A stretch of 62,438 nt of DNA, the filler included, from an uncultured bacterium (GTDB lineage Bacteria; Hinthialibacterota; Hinthialibacteria; Hinthialibacterales; Hinthialibacteraceae), in NCBI GenBank assembly GCA_964449065.1. It is 17 parts of 17 records of this genome, joined end to end, with 100 filler letters (N's around TTAATTAATTAA, not from the genome) between each part and the next. Parts side by side here need not be neighbours in the genome. Positions count along the whole stretch, not along the records: positions 1 to 3,662 come from CAYVAZ010000435.1; positions 3,763 to 7,412 come from CAYVAZ010000436.1; positions 7,513 to 11,158 come from CAYVAZ010000437.1; 14 more parts are not named here. The stretch is one strand, 5' to 3'. A program made the position numbers and the translations under genes. Shown here in pieces: positions 1 through 9,337 of this stretch (its first letter is position 1; every line of letters begins with the position of its first letter). Under the pieces are notes generated by a model that was not told the DNA's origin, ran no database searches, and saw only the letters and a list, made by a program, of their open reading frames with translations.

Positions 1-461
1 GCTTTATCGTCGGCGCCGAGCAACGTAGTGCCTGAGGCTGTAATAATGGTATGCCCAACGCAATCGGATAACTCGGCTGAATCATCTGGTGAAAGCGTTA
101 GATCAGGATTATCTGGAAATGAGATCGTCCCCCCATCATAGGTTTGATGCCGTACGGGCTTCACCCCCGCTCCCGGTTCTGACGGCGAGGTGTCGAGATG
201 GGCGCAAAAAGTGACCGGCGGGGCTGTCACGCCATCTGAAGACGGAAGCGTGGCATAGACATAACAGGCATCATCCAAGGTGACCTGCTTAAGACGCAGC
301 GCCTCAAGCTCAGATTTCATCATCCGAGCCAGAGTCCATTGCTGATCTGAGGAAGGGTGTGTACCGGATTTCTCGTCAGCGGTCGTAGCTATTTGCACAT
401 ATCGTAAAAACCGTTCGACGGTATCTTGCTGCAGAAATGTCGCAACTGTCTCAGTGATCAT
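1..461 (-). CDS. pepT: Peptidase T (tripeptide aminopeptidase), 5' part, runs off window
   Basis: Manual translation: MITETVATFLQQDTVERFLRYVQI...FCAHLDTS...TTLLGADDK, with the PepT AHxDT and LGADDK motifs; absent from the ORF track because truncated. Confidence 0.9.
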   Translation of the reverse strand, partial: MITETVATFLQQDTVERFLRYVQIATTADEKSGTHPSSDQQWTLARMMKSELEALRLKQVTLDDACYVYATLPSSDGVTAPPVTFCAHLDTSPSEPGAGVKPVRHQTYDGGTISFPDNPDLTLSPDDSAELSDCVGHTIITASGTTLLGADDK

Positions 462-494
462 TGGGCCCCCTTGATGATAGGTTGATATTCACAT

Positions 495-860
495 TTATGC
501 GCCTTGCAAGGCATGAAAGCTGTTTAACGCCTGTTCCAAAGTATCATGGATCTCAAAGACACGATCTAATCGCAACAGACTAAAAATTTCACGGGGCTGC
601 CCGACCAAACAGGTGATCTTCATTTCCCCTTTGTTGGAACGAACCCGCTTGAACAGGGCAATAATGGCCCCGATACCTGAACTGTCGATTTGTTCCAGGT
701 CGTGAAGGTCGAACACCACCTTATATTGTCCTGTGGAGAGCAGCGCATCTAAATCAGCACGCATCATCGAGACTGTCCCAATATCCAGGCTTCCGGCCAG
801 ATTAAAGATCACAACATCATCGCGTTCATCTTTTGTATACTCAAACCGGCTGTTCCTCAT
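495..860 (-). CDS. STAS-domain anti-sigma factor antagonist
   Basis: GSLD...VVFDLHDLEQIDSSGIG (SpoIIAA/RsbV phosphorylation motif). Confidence 0.9.
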   Translation of the reverse strand: MRNSRFEYTKDERDDVVIFNLAGSLDIGTVSMMRADLDALLSTGQYKVVFDLHDLEQIDSSGIGAIIALFKRVRSNKGEMKITCLVGQPREIFSLLRLDRVFEIHDTLEQALNSFHALQGA

Positions 861-962
861 GCTGTCATGTTCTCGCAGGCTATGATATGAATCATAAGTG
901 AGACAGGTGACTCATTATCCATATCCGTTCCTGCATCCCTATCTGAAGCTGTAAAGCACATA

Positions 963-1355
963 TTATGCAAAACTTTGCAGTGCGACATCAAGCTCTTCGT
1001 AAATATCAAACACCTGATCCAGGCGGAGAAGGCGAAAAATTTCTCTGGGCTGACCGCTTAACCGGGCGATTTTCATATCACCTTTATTAGAGCGTACGCG
1101 TTTAAACACCACGATCAATGTCGTCACTCCGGCACTATCGAGTTGTTTCAATCCCCCCAAATCAAACAGCACTTTGCTCTGTCCGGTTGATAACAACGGT
1201 TCAATGCTTACCCGTATTTTCGAAGCCACACCGACATTGAAATTCCCTGTGAGGGTAATCACACGAACCCCCTCTCGATCTTCCTGAGTCCAATCAAAAT
1301 CACGATTTATCATAATGCCAATCCTAAAAATAGCTGTTCGATATGTGCATCTCAC
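963..1355 (-). CDS. STAS-domain anti-sigma factor antagonist (paralogue; true start probably near 1313)
   Basis: VLFDLGGLKQLDSAGV; shares FKRVRSNKG.MKI...GQPREIF.LLRLD with the adjacent gene. Confidence 0.88.
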   Translation of the reverse strand: MRCTYRTAIFRIGIMINRDFDWTQEDREGVRVITLTGNFNVGVASKIRVSIEPLLSTGQSKVLFDLGGLKQLDSAGVTTLIVVFKRVRSNKGDMKIARLSGQPREIFRLLRLDQVFDIYEELDVALQSFA

Positions 1356-1591
1356 AGATGATGATCATCATATTGGTCAGACGTTTTTCATCCTATAAGC
1401 ATCTCACCAAAATTCGTTTACTCGGCACGTTCCATTAGAGAATATTCTTGTGAGCATGAGAAATTCACAAGGGGTCTGACATGTGTTGAGAAACTCTCAT
1501 AATTTTTGAAGGTTCTCACATACACTGCAATCAATGTCAAGTGGAAAAAATATTCTTTCCTTAAGAATCGCGGGATCATTGTTATATTTAG

Positions 1592-3498
1592 CCTGAATTA
1601 TTCATAAATTATAGACGATGCAAAAAACAGGAAATACAAATTCTTATTTTGCCGATAGCATGGCATGAGCCAATAAAAATTATGTCATTTCTCTGGGGGG
1701 GGGCAAAAGAGAACGTAGATTCAGATGCATTGAAAGAAAAATTATATTCTGAGGAGGGAAAAAACGAACAATTATTGGTCGGCAGGCACACATCGCCCAT
1801 TCGCGTGATCGGTTGTAAATCCGCGTGTATTGAACATGTCGTGACGCTTACTGCCTTATGAAGAGCGAAGCTGTGTCAATATGCCGAAGCTTCGTATAAG
1901 AAGATTTTGCACCGGACAATTGGTTGGAAGTTCGACCGTGATACGCGTCTTCCACTCCCTAACACGGGCGCCGATTTTGAGCACGCGAAGACGTATGGTC
2001 TGCATGCTTGCTCGACTAAATGGAGTATACTGAAGGATATTTGTCTTGAGGCTATGCAGGAGCACGTAGGCGGCAGAATGGAGAAAGACTCGGAATTGAT
2101 TGGCTGCGAATGTATGGCAGGAGGTCCGATCAGATTTGAGATAGAGCTTGTGTTCTTTGATATAGAGCTCATCTTCTCCACGCTGACAATAACCGTCCTG
2201 ATACAACACGGATGCTCTCAGCCCCTGAATATTGGTGACGATAAACCGCAGGTTGAGTCCTTTGCCGGTGATTTCAATTTTAGCCACCACTCGTCGCGCC
2301 CTGCTCCATGTATCGGCTTGATAGGAAAATGTATAGAAGCGTTTGATGTCATCTTTATAGAGGCGATAGGATTTTTGAGCCCATTCGACGATCGCTTGAA
2401 CAGCGGCCTTGAGGCGCGCATTGCCACTTAAACCTGTGAGATACATGACATGGTGCTGTGTCTCGATCCACGCCATGGTCTCCGGGTAAGCAAAGTGGCT
2501 ATCGCCCCGAACCAGTATCATGGTGTTCGGCCAGGCCGCCCGAAGATGGCGAATAATCCGTTTCATGATGGAGAGCATCTGTTTCCCGTCCGAGCGTTTG
2601 CCCGGTTTCAAGATGGTGGTCACCAATTTGCCGCTCTGTCCTTCGTAGACATGCAGCGGCATGAAACAATGTTCTTTGTAATACGTGTTAAACAATGCCA
2701 GTTGTTGGTTTCCATGGGCAGGGTCATCGGTATCATCAACATCAAGAATGATACACTCGGGTTCTTTGTCGTATGAGGCGATAAAGATATCGCCAAAGAC
2801 CCGTGCCAGACGATACAGGATGCTTCGGGAGATCGAATTCTCGAACCGACTCATGGTCGGCTGACTGCATAACGCTTCACCTATCTCAGGATGACGTCCG
2901 GCAATCATTTTGAACACGGGATCATGGCGCAAGAAGTCACAATCGTCGCCATCTTCGTACCCGCATGCGATTTGCGCGACACGCTGAATCAACATATCGG
3001 TGATGCTATGGGTAATATAGCGTGCGTCCCTGGAATCGGGGATCACTTCGGCGATTTGACGAATCAGTCCGATTTGGTCGTCAACTTCCCTAAGGAGCAA
3101 TGCGCCAGCGTCTGAGGAGAGGAATCCTCCATTAAAGTTGATGAGGACACGCTTTTCTCCGATATCTGAGGCCGTAATTTTTGAAGCGACCTGTTGGGGG
3201 GAAACAGTATGGGGAGATTGTTCGAGATCGTTTGCGTACATGTTGGAAATATTCATCATTTTTCTCCTTGTGTTTCGTGAGTGAATAATCATTGCATTTG
3301 ACGTCCAAATAACGATGCATGAGAAAAAAAGCAAGATATTTTTAATATCTTTTACATATAAAATAAGAAATAAAGACGATAATATGTTATCATAATTCTC
3401 TTATTGAGAGAAAACATGTGTATGGAAGTTTGTTATGGATAAGTAATTGTTTATAAATAAGATACCGCATTTATGATAGGACGCATGAATAATTCAGG
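1592..3498 (-). mobile_element. IS1380-family insertion sequence (about 1.9 kb)
   Basis: Perfect 14-bp terminal inverted repeats CCTGAATTATTCAT (1592-1605) / ATGAATAATTCAGG (3485-3498) around the transposase. Confidence 0.9.
1856..3334 (-). CDS. IS1380-family DDE transposase (true start probably near 3259)
   Basis: FNGGFLSSDAGALLL, GYEDGDD, SQPTMSRFEN, LDVDDTDDPAHGNQQ, VRGDS, YCQRGEDELYIKE, SCHTFAANQFR. Confidence 0.95.
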   Translation of the reverse strand: MLFFSCIVIWTSNAMIIHSRNTRRKMMNISNMYANDLEQSPHTVSPQQVASKITASDIGEKRVLINFNGGFLSSDAGALLLREVDDQIGLIRQIAEVIPDSRDARYITHSITDMLIQRVAQIACGYEDGDDCDFLRHDPVFKMIAGRHPEIGEALCSQPTMSRFENSISRSILYRLARVFGDIFIASYDKEPECIILDVDDTDDPAHGNQQLALFNTYYKEHCFMPLHVYEGQSGKLVTTILKPGKRSDGKQMLSIMKRIIRHLRAAWPNTMILVRGDSHFAYPETMAWIETQHHVMYLTGLSGNARLKAAVQAIVEWAQKSYRLYKDDIKRFYTFSYQADTWSRARRVVAKIEITGKGLNLRFIVTNIQGLRASVLYQDGYCQRGEDELYIKEHKLYLKSDRTSCHTFAANQFRVFLHSAAYVLLHSLKTNILQYTPFSRASMQTIRLRVLKIGARVREWKTRITVELPTNCPVQNLLIRSFGILTQLRSS

Positions 3499-3662
3499 CT
3501 AAGGATTCATTTCCATTCTGACCCTTAAACTCATTGCTAAAAAACGCACCAAAAGTATATCGCCATCCTTTCTAAGGATTCATTTCCATTCTGACATAGA
3601 CATCTAATTGATACGCTTTGATGTGTGCGTATCGCCATCCTTTCTAAGGATTCATTTCCATT
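3499..3662 (-). CRISPR. CRISPR array fragment, 37-bp repeat (minus strand GTCAGAATGGAAATGAATCCTTAGAAAGGATGGCGAT); first repeat cut by IS1380, last cut by contig end
   Basis: Repeats at 3499-3522 (partial), 3559-3595 and 3631-3662 (partial); unique spacers of 36 and 35 bp. Confidence 0.85.
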
Positions 3663-3762
3663 NNNNNNNNNNNNNNNNNNNNNNNNNNNNNNNNNNNNNN
3701 NNNNNNTTAATTAATTAANNNNNNNNNNNNNNNNNNNNNNNNNNNNNNNNNNNNNNNNNNNN

Positions 3763-3940
3763 GGAGGAATAAACCTCTAATTACGCTACTGCGTCATCGG
3801 GAGCAATCGCTCTCATCACCCTCATCTCTTATCTTCTCCCAAAGGGAGAAGACGATAGACACTGCGTTCGACTTAGAATAGTTGGCTCACAACAAAAACC
3901 ATTTTTCATGCACTAGACAATCATTGATTGCGTAACATGA
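3763..3940. repeat. MITE family A, right half (ends TGCGTAACATGAG)
   Basis: Matches 43823-44360 (reverse) and 47811-47982. Confidence 0.8.
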
Positions 3941-3998
3941 GTGTATAATTTTGTTATATAGGGCGACTCAAAGCAATTCATAGTCCCCCTATTTCATC

Positions 3999-5183
3999 TT
4001 ACCGTGAAGATTTTGGGCTTTTCCAAACAGCCGGGCTCTTTCCAAGCAAACCATACATCATTCCCACCATCCCCGCAGTAAACATAATCAGCAGGTGGGT
4101 AAACAGGGTAAACGGCTTTAAATACACAGGAATCTTTTCATTATCCACAACTACCACGCCGATGACAGCCATAAGTATGGATACGATTCCAAAAATGAAA
4201 AAAGGATAGGTGATAGATACAGGCTCTGCCCAACATGCTGATATCAGTGCCAACATCCCAATCGGCAGTGTTAACCAGCGTAGAAACTTATGCGACAAAA
4301 ACTGCCAAAACCGCATCGGTGATTTTGCAATGACCGGAAACAGTTCGATAAATCCGTTCATCCCCCGCGCCACTATCCTCGATGTCCGGTTCCACTCTTC
4401 CTGCACGGTCTGATGTGGTTTTTCATAGCAAATACACTGCGGTTCGGACAGCACATACAAACCCTGCGCGGCAATCCGCATCGGTATCTCCAAATCATTC
4501 GCAATGTGAGGATTTAATCGGTTGATCAAACCGTTTCTTACGGAAAACAGTGCTCCGCTTACAACCAATACCGATCCCAACAAACTCTCAAACCGCTTGA
4601 TGGCGTTCTCATACTTCCAATACAGCCCGGTTCCCTGCCCCACACCGGTATGGGTGGGATCATCGGTATAAATCAACTCAGCAGCAACCACCCCCACTTT
4701 TGGGTCGGCATAGTGCTTCGCGGTATGCTTTAAAACATCCTCATGAAAGATGATGTTGGCATCGGTATACACCAAAATCTCACCCTTCGCCATGGGAATG
4801 ATATGATTCAAGGCGTAGTTTTTCCCACCCTGCTCATTCAGCACAACCAGTTCCACATCATCCTGGTCTTGCAGATACTCATTCGTCCCATCGGTTGATG
4901 CATCCGATGCAATGAGTATTTGGATTTTATCCCGCGGATAGTTCTGTCGGCGAATACTTTCCAATTTAGCGGGTAACGAAAGGCGCTCGTTATGTGCGGC
5001 GATCAGAATTGAAATCCGCGGTTGGTATGATTCATCGATTTGATGCCGGACATATCGAAAACGGGATAAAATCCAAAGCAGGATGGGATAACCCGCATAG
5101 ATATACAGCAGCAATCCAAACGATTTCCAAAAAACGTAGGATAATTGATAATTGATAGTTGATAGTTGAAAACTATCCATCAT
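3999..5183 (-). CDS. Family 2 glycosyltransferase (membrane; IcaA/PgaC-like)
   Basis: ISILIAAHNE, SDASTDGT, GKNYALN, VYTDAN, YWKYE, TM helices. Confidence 0.9.
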   Translation of the reverse strand: MMDSFQLSTINYQLSYVFWKSFGLLLYIYAGYPILLWILSRFRYVRHQIDESYQPRISILIAAHNERLSLPAKLESIRRQNYPRDKIQILIASDASTDGTNEYLQDQDDVELVVLNEQGGKNYALNHIIPMAKGEILVYTDANIIFHEDVLKHTAKHYADPKVGVVAAELIYTDDPTHTGVGQGTGLYWKYENAIKRFESLLGSVLVVSGALFSVRNGLINRLNPHIANDLEIPMRIAAQGLYVLSEPQCICYEKPHQTVQEEWNRTSRIVARGMNGFIELFPVIAKSPMRFWQFLSHKFLRWLTLPIGMLALISACWAEPVSITYPFFIFGIVSILMAVIGVVVVDNEKIPVYLKPFTLFTHLLIMFTAGMVGMMYGLLGKSPAVWKSPKSSR

Positions 5184-5668
5184 TGATTTCGCATTTTATT
5201 TTTGGTTGTTTTAATGATGCTGACCAGCAACTTGATAAGTTCAACGGCATTTGGTTTGATCGATTCAAATCCATTAGCATCAATAACTTCTGATTGATGA
5301 AGAAGTTCCAGCCAATAATCCGTCTCGTTGGAGTCCTTCAAAGCAATCGAAATTTTGTGAACAAAATCAGCTTTATACCTATGCAATGTGAGATTGGCTG
5401 CATATTGAATACTCAACATCTTCCTTTCGCTGGGCTTACGCCGCGCTTATAAGTCATGATTTTTTGAAGTGGTATTACTTTCTGCTTGTTCCGCTTCACG
5501 AATCAAAGCGCCAATGGCAGTACCAGAACGCAACAATTGCTTACTCAGAACATATTCTTTCTTTTCTTCTTGTAAATAACGGTAAAGTCTTACAACTCGT
5601 AATGCAAAAGCAAAATATTTTTCTTTAACAATATTCTGCTTCTGCGAATAATTACCACAATTATCCAT
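5180..5668 (-). pseudogene. Four-helix-bundle protein (23S rRNA IVS protein family), interrupted by a 99-bp insertion
   Basis: LSKQLLRSGTAIGALIREAEQAES | KADFVHKISIALKDSNETDYWLELL; both halves in one frame, separated by an insert containing a stop. Confidence 0.9.
5376..5474. mobile_element. 99-bp miniature element, TACC...GGTA ends, TTA target duplication
   Basis: TTA at 5373-5375 and 5475-5477; removing it restores GCA GAA AGT AAA GCT GAT (AESKAD). Confidence 0.8.
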
Positions 5669-5674
5669 TATCCA

Positions 5675-7204
5675 TTATCCAACTAATTTCGTTAACCGGT
5701 GGCAGGATTCCTGCACGTTTGGATACAACTCATGATAGACTTGATAGTAATCGTTATACTGTTTCACGCTTTCTTGATTTGGTTCTATTCGTGCAGTGAC
5801 TTTAATGACAGAATCACACGCTTCCGGCAGTGAATTATACACACCTGTTCCAACACCCGCCATCAACGCGGCACCGAACGCAGGCCCTTGATCCGTGTTG
5901 ATGATGGCAATTTCACTGCCATAGATATCCGCCTGCATTTGCTGCCAGAATGGACTCTTCGCGCCGCCACCGGTCGCGCGCACCTCATCGATATTCACAC
6001 CAAGCGAACGTACAATTTCCAACGCATCACGCATCGCAAAGGTAATCCCTTCCAAACACGCGCGGATGAGATGCTGCCGGTTGTGACGGATGGTCAGTCC
6101 CAAAAAGCCGCCTCTTGCGTGGGGGTCTTTATGCGGGGTGCGTTCCCCGGTTAGATACGGCATGAACAGTAAACCTTCACTGCCAATAGGAGCCTGATCC
6201 GCCAATGCGGTTAAGATATCGTATGGGTCTTTGTTTGACTGTTTCGCTTGCGCTACTTCGGTTTGCCCAATCACATCGCGGTACCAACTCAGCGACATCC
6301 CCGCGGATAAAATCACTCCCATGATATACCACATATTCGGCACCGAATGGCAGAAGGTATGCACCCGTCCCTCATCATCCACCTGATGGTTTTGCGATGG
6401 AGCCAGCACCACCCCGCTGGTGCCAAGCGATGAGAGTACTCTCCCTTCGACCACAACTCCTGTTCCGGTAGCACCGCAGGCATTATCCGCGCCACCGCCG
6501 ACCACAGGAGTGCCTTCCTTTAAGCCGGTTTGGAATGCTATATCTGAGGTAATCTGACCGCAAACATCGGTAGATTCATTCATACTGGGCATCCAAGACT
6601 CCGGGATATCCAACGCGTTGAGAATCTCTTTTGACCAGTTACGCTTTTGCACGTTAAACAAAAGCGTTCCTGCACCGTCCGAAACCTCCATCGCCAACTC
6701 ACCGGTTAAGCGGTAGCGGACATAATCTTTCGGCAGCACTAATTTGGCTGTTTTTTTGAAGTTATCCGGTTCCTGATTCTTCAGCCACACCGCTTTAGGA
6801 GCGGTAAATCCGGTCAATGCAGGATTTGAAGCCAGTTGCATGAGCCTATCAGCGCCGATGGCTTTTGTGATTTCATCGCAGGCGTCGGCGGTGCGGCTGT
6901 CGTTCCACAGCAAGGCGGGACGAACCACTTCATTCTTCTCATCCAAAAAAACAGAACCGTGCATCTGCCCCGATAAACCGATTCCTTTAATTTCACCGGC
7001 AGATACACCGCTTTTATCGATTACCGCTTTCAAGGTGTTGATAGCCGCCTTACACCAATCTTCCGGGTCTTGCTCCGTCCAGCCCGGTTGCGGCGTATGC
7101 AGTGGATACTCTTCAGACGCGCTCGCTTTCGCATCCCCATTTTCATCAAACAAAACCGTCTTCGTACCGGATGTTCCTACATCAATCCCTATTAAATATG
7201 CCAT
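5675..7204 (-). CDS. xylB: Xylulokinase
   Basis: IGIDVGTSGTK, GLSGQMHG, ALLWND, GGGADN, PYLTGERTP, GGGAKS. Confidence 0.93.
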   Translation of the reverse strand: MAYLIGIDVGTSGTKTVLFDENGDAKASASEEYPLHTPQPGWTEQDPEDWCKAAINTLKAVIDKSGVSAGEIKGIGLSGQMHGSVFLDEKNEVVRPALLWNDSRTADACDEITKAIGADRLMQLASNPALTGFTAPKAVWLKNQEPDNFKKTAKLVLPKDYVRYRLTGELAMEVSDGAGTLLFNVQKRNWSKEILNALDIPESWMPSMNESTDVCGQITSDIAFQTGLKEGTPVVGGGADNACGATGTGVVVEGRVLSSLGTSGVVLAPSQNHQVDDEGRVHTFCHSVPNMWYIMGVILSAGMSLSWYRDVIGQTEVAQAKQSNKDPYDILTALADQAPIGSEGLLFMPYLTGERTPHKDPHARGGFLGLTIRHNRQHLIRACLEGITFAMRDALEIVRSLGVNIDEVRATGGGAKSPFWQQMQADIYGSEIAIINTDQGPAFGAALMAGVGTGVYNSLPEACDSVIKVTARIEPNQESVKQYNDYYQVYHELYPNVQESCHRLTKLVG

Positions 7205-7320
7205 CTTTTAATCCTTTTAATCAAAATGATTCGTATTATTGTTTGTTGTATTGTAAACCAAACTTAAATGTGGAAAATGAGATCAACACAATTTAGGATT
7301 TTTCGTCATTTCTTATAGAA

Positions 7321-7412
7321 CTCATGTTACGCATTCGTTACGACATGCTCGTTATCTGAATCATTCGCTGAATCTATCGCCCTCGCCCACCGGGAGAGGG
7401 ACGGGGTGAGGG
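7321..7412. repeat. MITE family A, left end
   Basis: CTCATGTTACGCA...ATCGCCCTCGCCCACCGGGAGAGGG. Confidence 0.75.
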
Positions 7413-7555
7413 NNNNNNNNNNNNNNNNNNNNNNNNNNNNNNNNNNNNNNNNNNNNTTAATTAATTAANNNNNNNNNNNNNNNNNNNNNNNNNNNNNNNN
7501 NNNNNNNNNNNNGGGGGATTTAGAATCAACACATCCCACCACTCACAAAGCGAAA

Positions 7556-7700
7556 CCCTGGGAGGGCAAGGCCCCCGCCGAGCCAGCAGCACCCGCCGTT
7601 GTTACCCCCCTTATTAAGGGGGCTAGGGGGGATTCAGAATCACAAGCCCTGGGAGGGCGAGGCTCCCGCCGAGCCAGAAGCACGCTATCCTTCCCCGATA
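7556..7700. repeat. REP-like cluster (GGGAGGGCGAGGCTCCCGCCGAGCC x2 and CCCCCTTATTAAGGGGG palindrome)
   Basis: Same units recur near 10915, 44033, 44881 and 51793. Confidence 0.7.
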
Positions 7701-7810
7701 ATCCAAAATAAAACCAGTATAAAACTCTAAGACCTGGAAATACCCCCGTCGTTATTCACGTGAATTCGCGTGAATTCGCGGTTGAAAAAACAGTCCTGCC
7801 ATTCCCCACC

Positions 7811-7841
7811 AAAAATGCCCCGGGCTCTCACCCGGGGCTTT
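7811..7841 (-). terminator. Probable intrinsic terminator of 7869-8975
   Basis: GCCCCGGG-CTCTCA-CCCGGGGC hairpin with T-run on the minus strand. Confidence 0.7.
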
Positions 7842-7868
7842 CTCCATCCATTCGCTAAGCATCAATGT

Positions 7869-8975
7869 TTAATACAGGGACCATTGTTCAACAGGAGTGT
7901 CTTCTACCACTGCGCCCACACGAAAGTTATCCAAAAACACCAACTGGCCGGCTTGCGCGCCATCATTGTTGGTGATGATAAACAAGTTCATCCAGGTGTT
8001 TTCGCCTTCAAATGCCGGGCGGTGTTGTTCCATATCGACATTCCAGATGATGCGCTTCCATTCGGATGTGGCATCGGAAAAGCCTTGTTCCGGCAATTGA
8101 TTCCAAACCGCGTCCACATCATCGGCACCCACTTGAATGACAACGACATACTGCACCCAAGTGCCCGTGAACCCTTCACTCACGCGGGCATCCAGCTGAA
8201 TGTCCACCACATCTTGCCAGCGGTCAAAATCGCCCAATGGATCAACCGCTTGCACATTATTCGTCCACCCGTTGCCCAATGCCAGTTCCATGTAGGCGCT
8301 GCCTTCGGATGGGGTGACATCGCTCGCCAAAAGTCCGGCCCCTTCATTATCCTGCCAGCCCATCACTTGGCCGGTTGCGGGGTCTTCTTCATTAAAACCG
8401 TACAGCGTTATGGTCTCAACTTCTGGTACGTTTGCAGGACGATTAGCAAAGATGTTGTCGATATATACCGTACCGGTTGCTGTGCCGTCTCCCGGCGCGA
8501 TAAAACCGCCAAAGAAGGATACATCGCTCAAGGTTTCGGATGTAAAGCGGTCAATCGGCCAAACCAGTTCAACCCACTCGCCGGTCACGCCGCCGGTTCC
8601 TTGCTCACCAAGTCCGACGCCTCCGGCCAAATCAACGCGAACATCGGTTTCACCGGTCCAATCCTCGCTAAAATAAACCCACATGTGAATTTCACGCATG
8701 CCGGTCAAATCCACCGAAGGAAAATCCAACTGAGACCAATTCCATTCCGCTGTGGCGGCATATTCCACCACCAAAGCGTTATCCCCGTCTTGAGCCACAA
8801 CATCATTGGGCGGAATGGGGGAAAAATCCACAAATGACAGCGGGATACTGGCACCCGAATAAGACAAATTAAGCGCCTCATCCGTCTCAAAACTGGTGAT
8901 ATCCACCCGCTCTTGTGCGGATACACTAACCGCAACCAAAATGCTAAAACCAAATGCGACAAATCGTTTCATCAT
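7869..8975 (-). CDS. Secreted acidic protein with probable tandem carbohydrate-binding-like beta-sandwich domains; C-terminus TPVEQWSLY
   Basis: Signal peptide; two modules ending VYIDNI / VFLDNF. Confidence 0.7.
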   Translation of the reverse strand: MMKRFVAFGFSILVAVSVSAQERVDITSFETDEALNLSYSGASIPLSFVDFSPIPPNDVVAQDGDNALVVEYAATAEWNWSQLDFPSVDLTGMREIHMWVYFSEDWTGETDVRVDLAGGVGLGEQGTGGVTGEWVELVWPIDRFTSETLSDVSFFGGFIAPGDGTATGTVYIDNIFANRPANVPEVETITLYGFNEEDPATGQVMGWQDNEGAGLLASDVTPSEGSAYMELALGNGWTNNVQAVDPLGDFDRWQDVVDIQLDARVSEGFTGTWVQYVVVIQVGADDVDAVWNQLPEQGFSDATSEWKRIIWNVDMEQHRPAFEGENTWMNLFIITNNDGAQAGQLVFLDNFRVGAVVEDTPVEQWSLY

Positions 8976-9278
8976 AAAAAATCCTCCACCAAAAAAGTTT
9001 TTCTGCCTCGGCAGATTGGGTTAACATAAACGAAATTTTATCCTAACCTATTACTTATAATTGTATGTATTTGATGCAAAAGCGACAACGAATTTGGATA
9101 AAAATAACAAAATATCCTGTTGAAATATCGAATTTTATATCGAAAGAGTAAGAGAAAACCGAATTTTTGTTTGTTTATACCTAAAAATCTTACACTTAGA
9201 GATTAATTCACTTGTCAAAAGCGTTACGGTGCACTATCCATTTAAACCTGATTTACGATATTTTTTTCATAAATTGAT

Positions 9279-9305
9279 TAAGTAGATCGCCTATCACGTC
9301 GATAC
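9279..9305 (+). promoter_or_regulatory. Putative sigma-28 promoter TAAG-N15-GTCGATAC
   Basis: Close to consensus TAAA-N15-GCCGATAA, 32 bp upstream of the ATG at 9338. Confidence 0.5.
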
Positions 9306-9337
9306 CTCTACCAACCTCACTGAAAGGTTACGGCGCG

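Noticed and set aside
3663..3762. N-run/TTAATTAATTAA blocks, and ORFs reading through them (ending XXX-LIN)
   Set aside because: Artificial contig linkers with stops in all frames
5180..5668. DGR (Avd-like gene) or stop-codon readthrough
   Set aside because: No reverse transcriptase or TR/VR pair nearby; the stop lies inside an insertion with a TSD
7770..8837. Long antisense ORFs (also 34262-35386, 59189-60442, 58106-58891)
   Set aside because: Shadows of well-supported genes on the opposite strand
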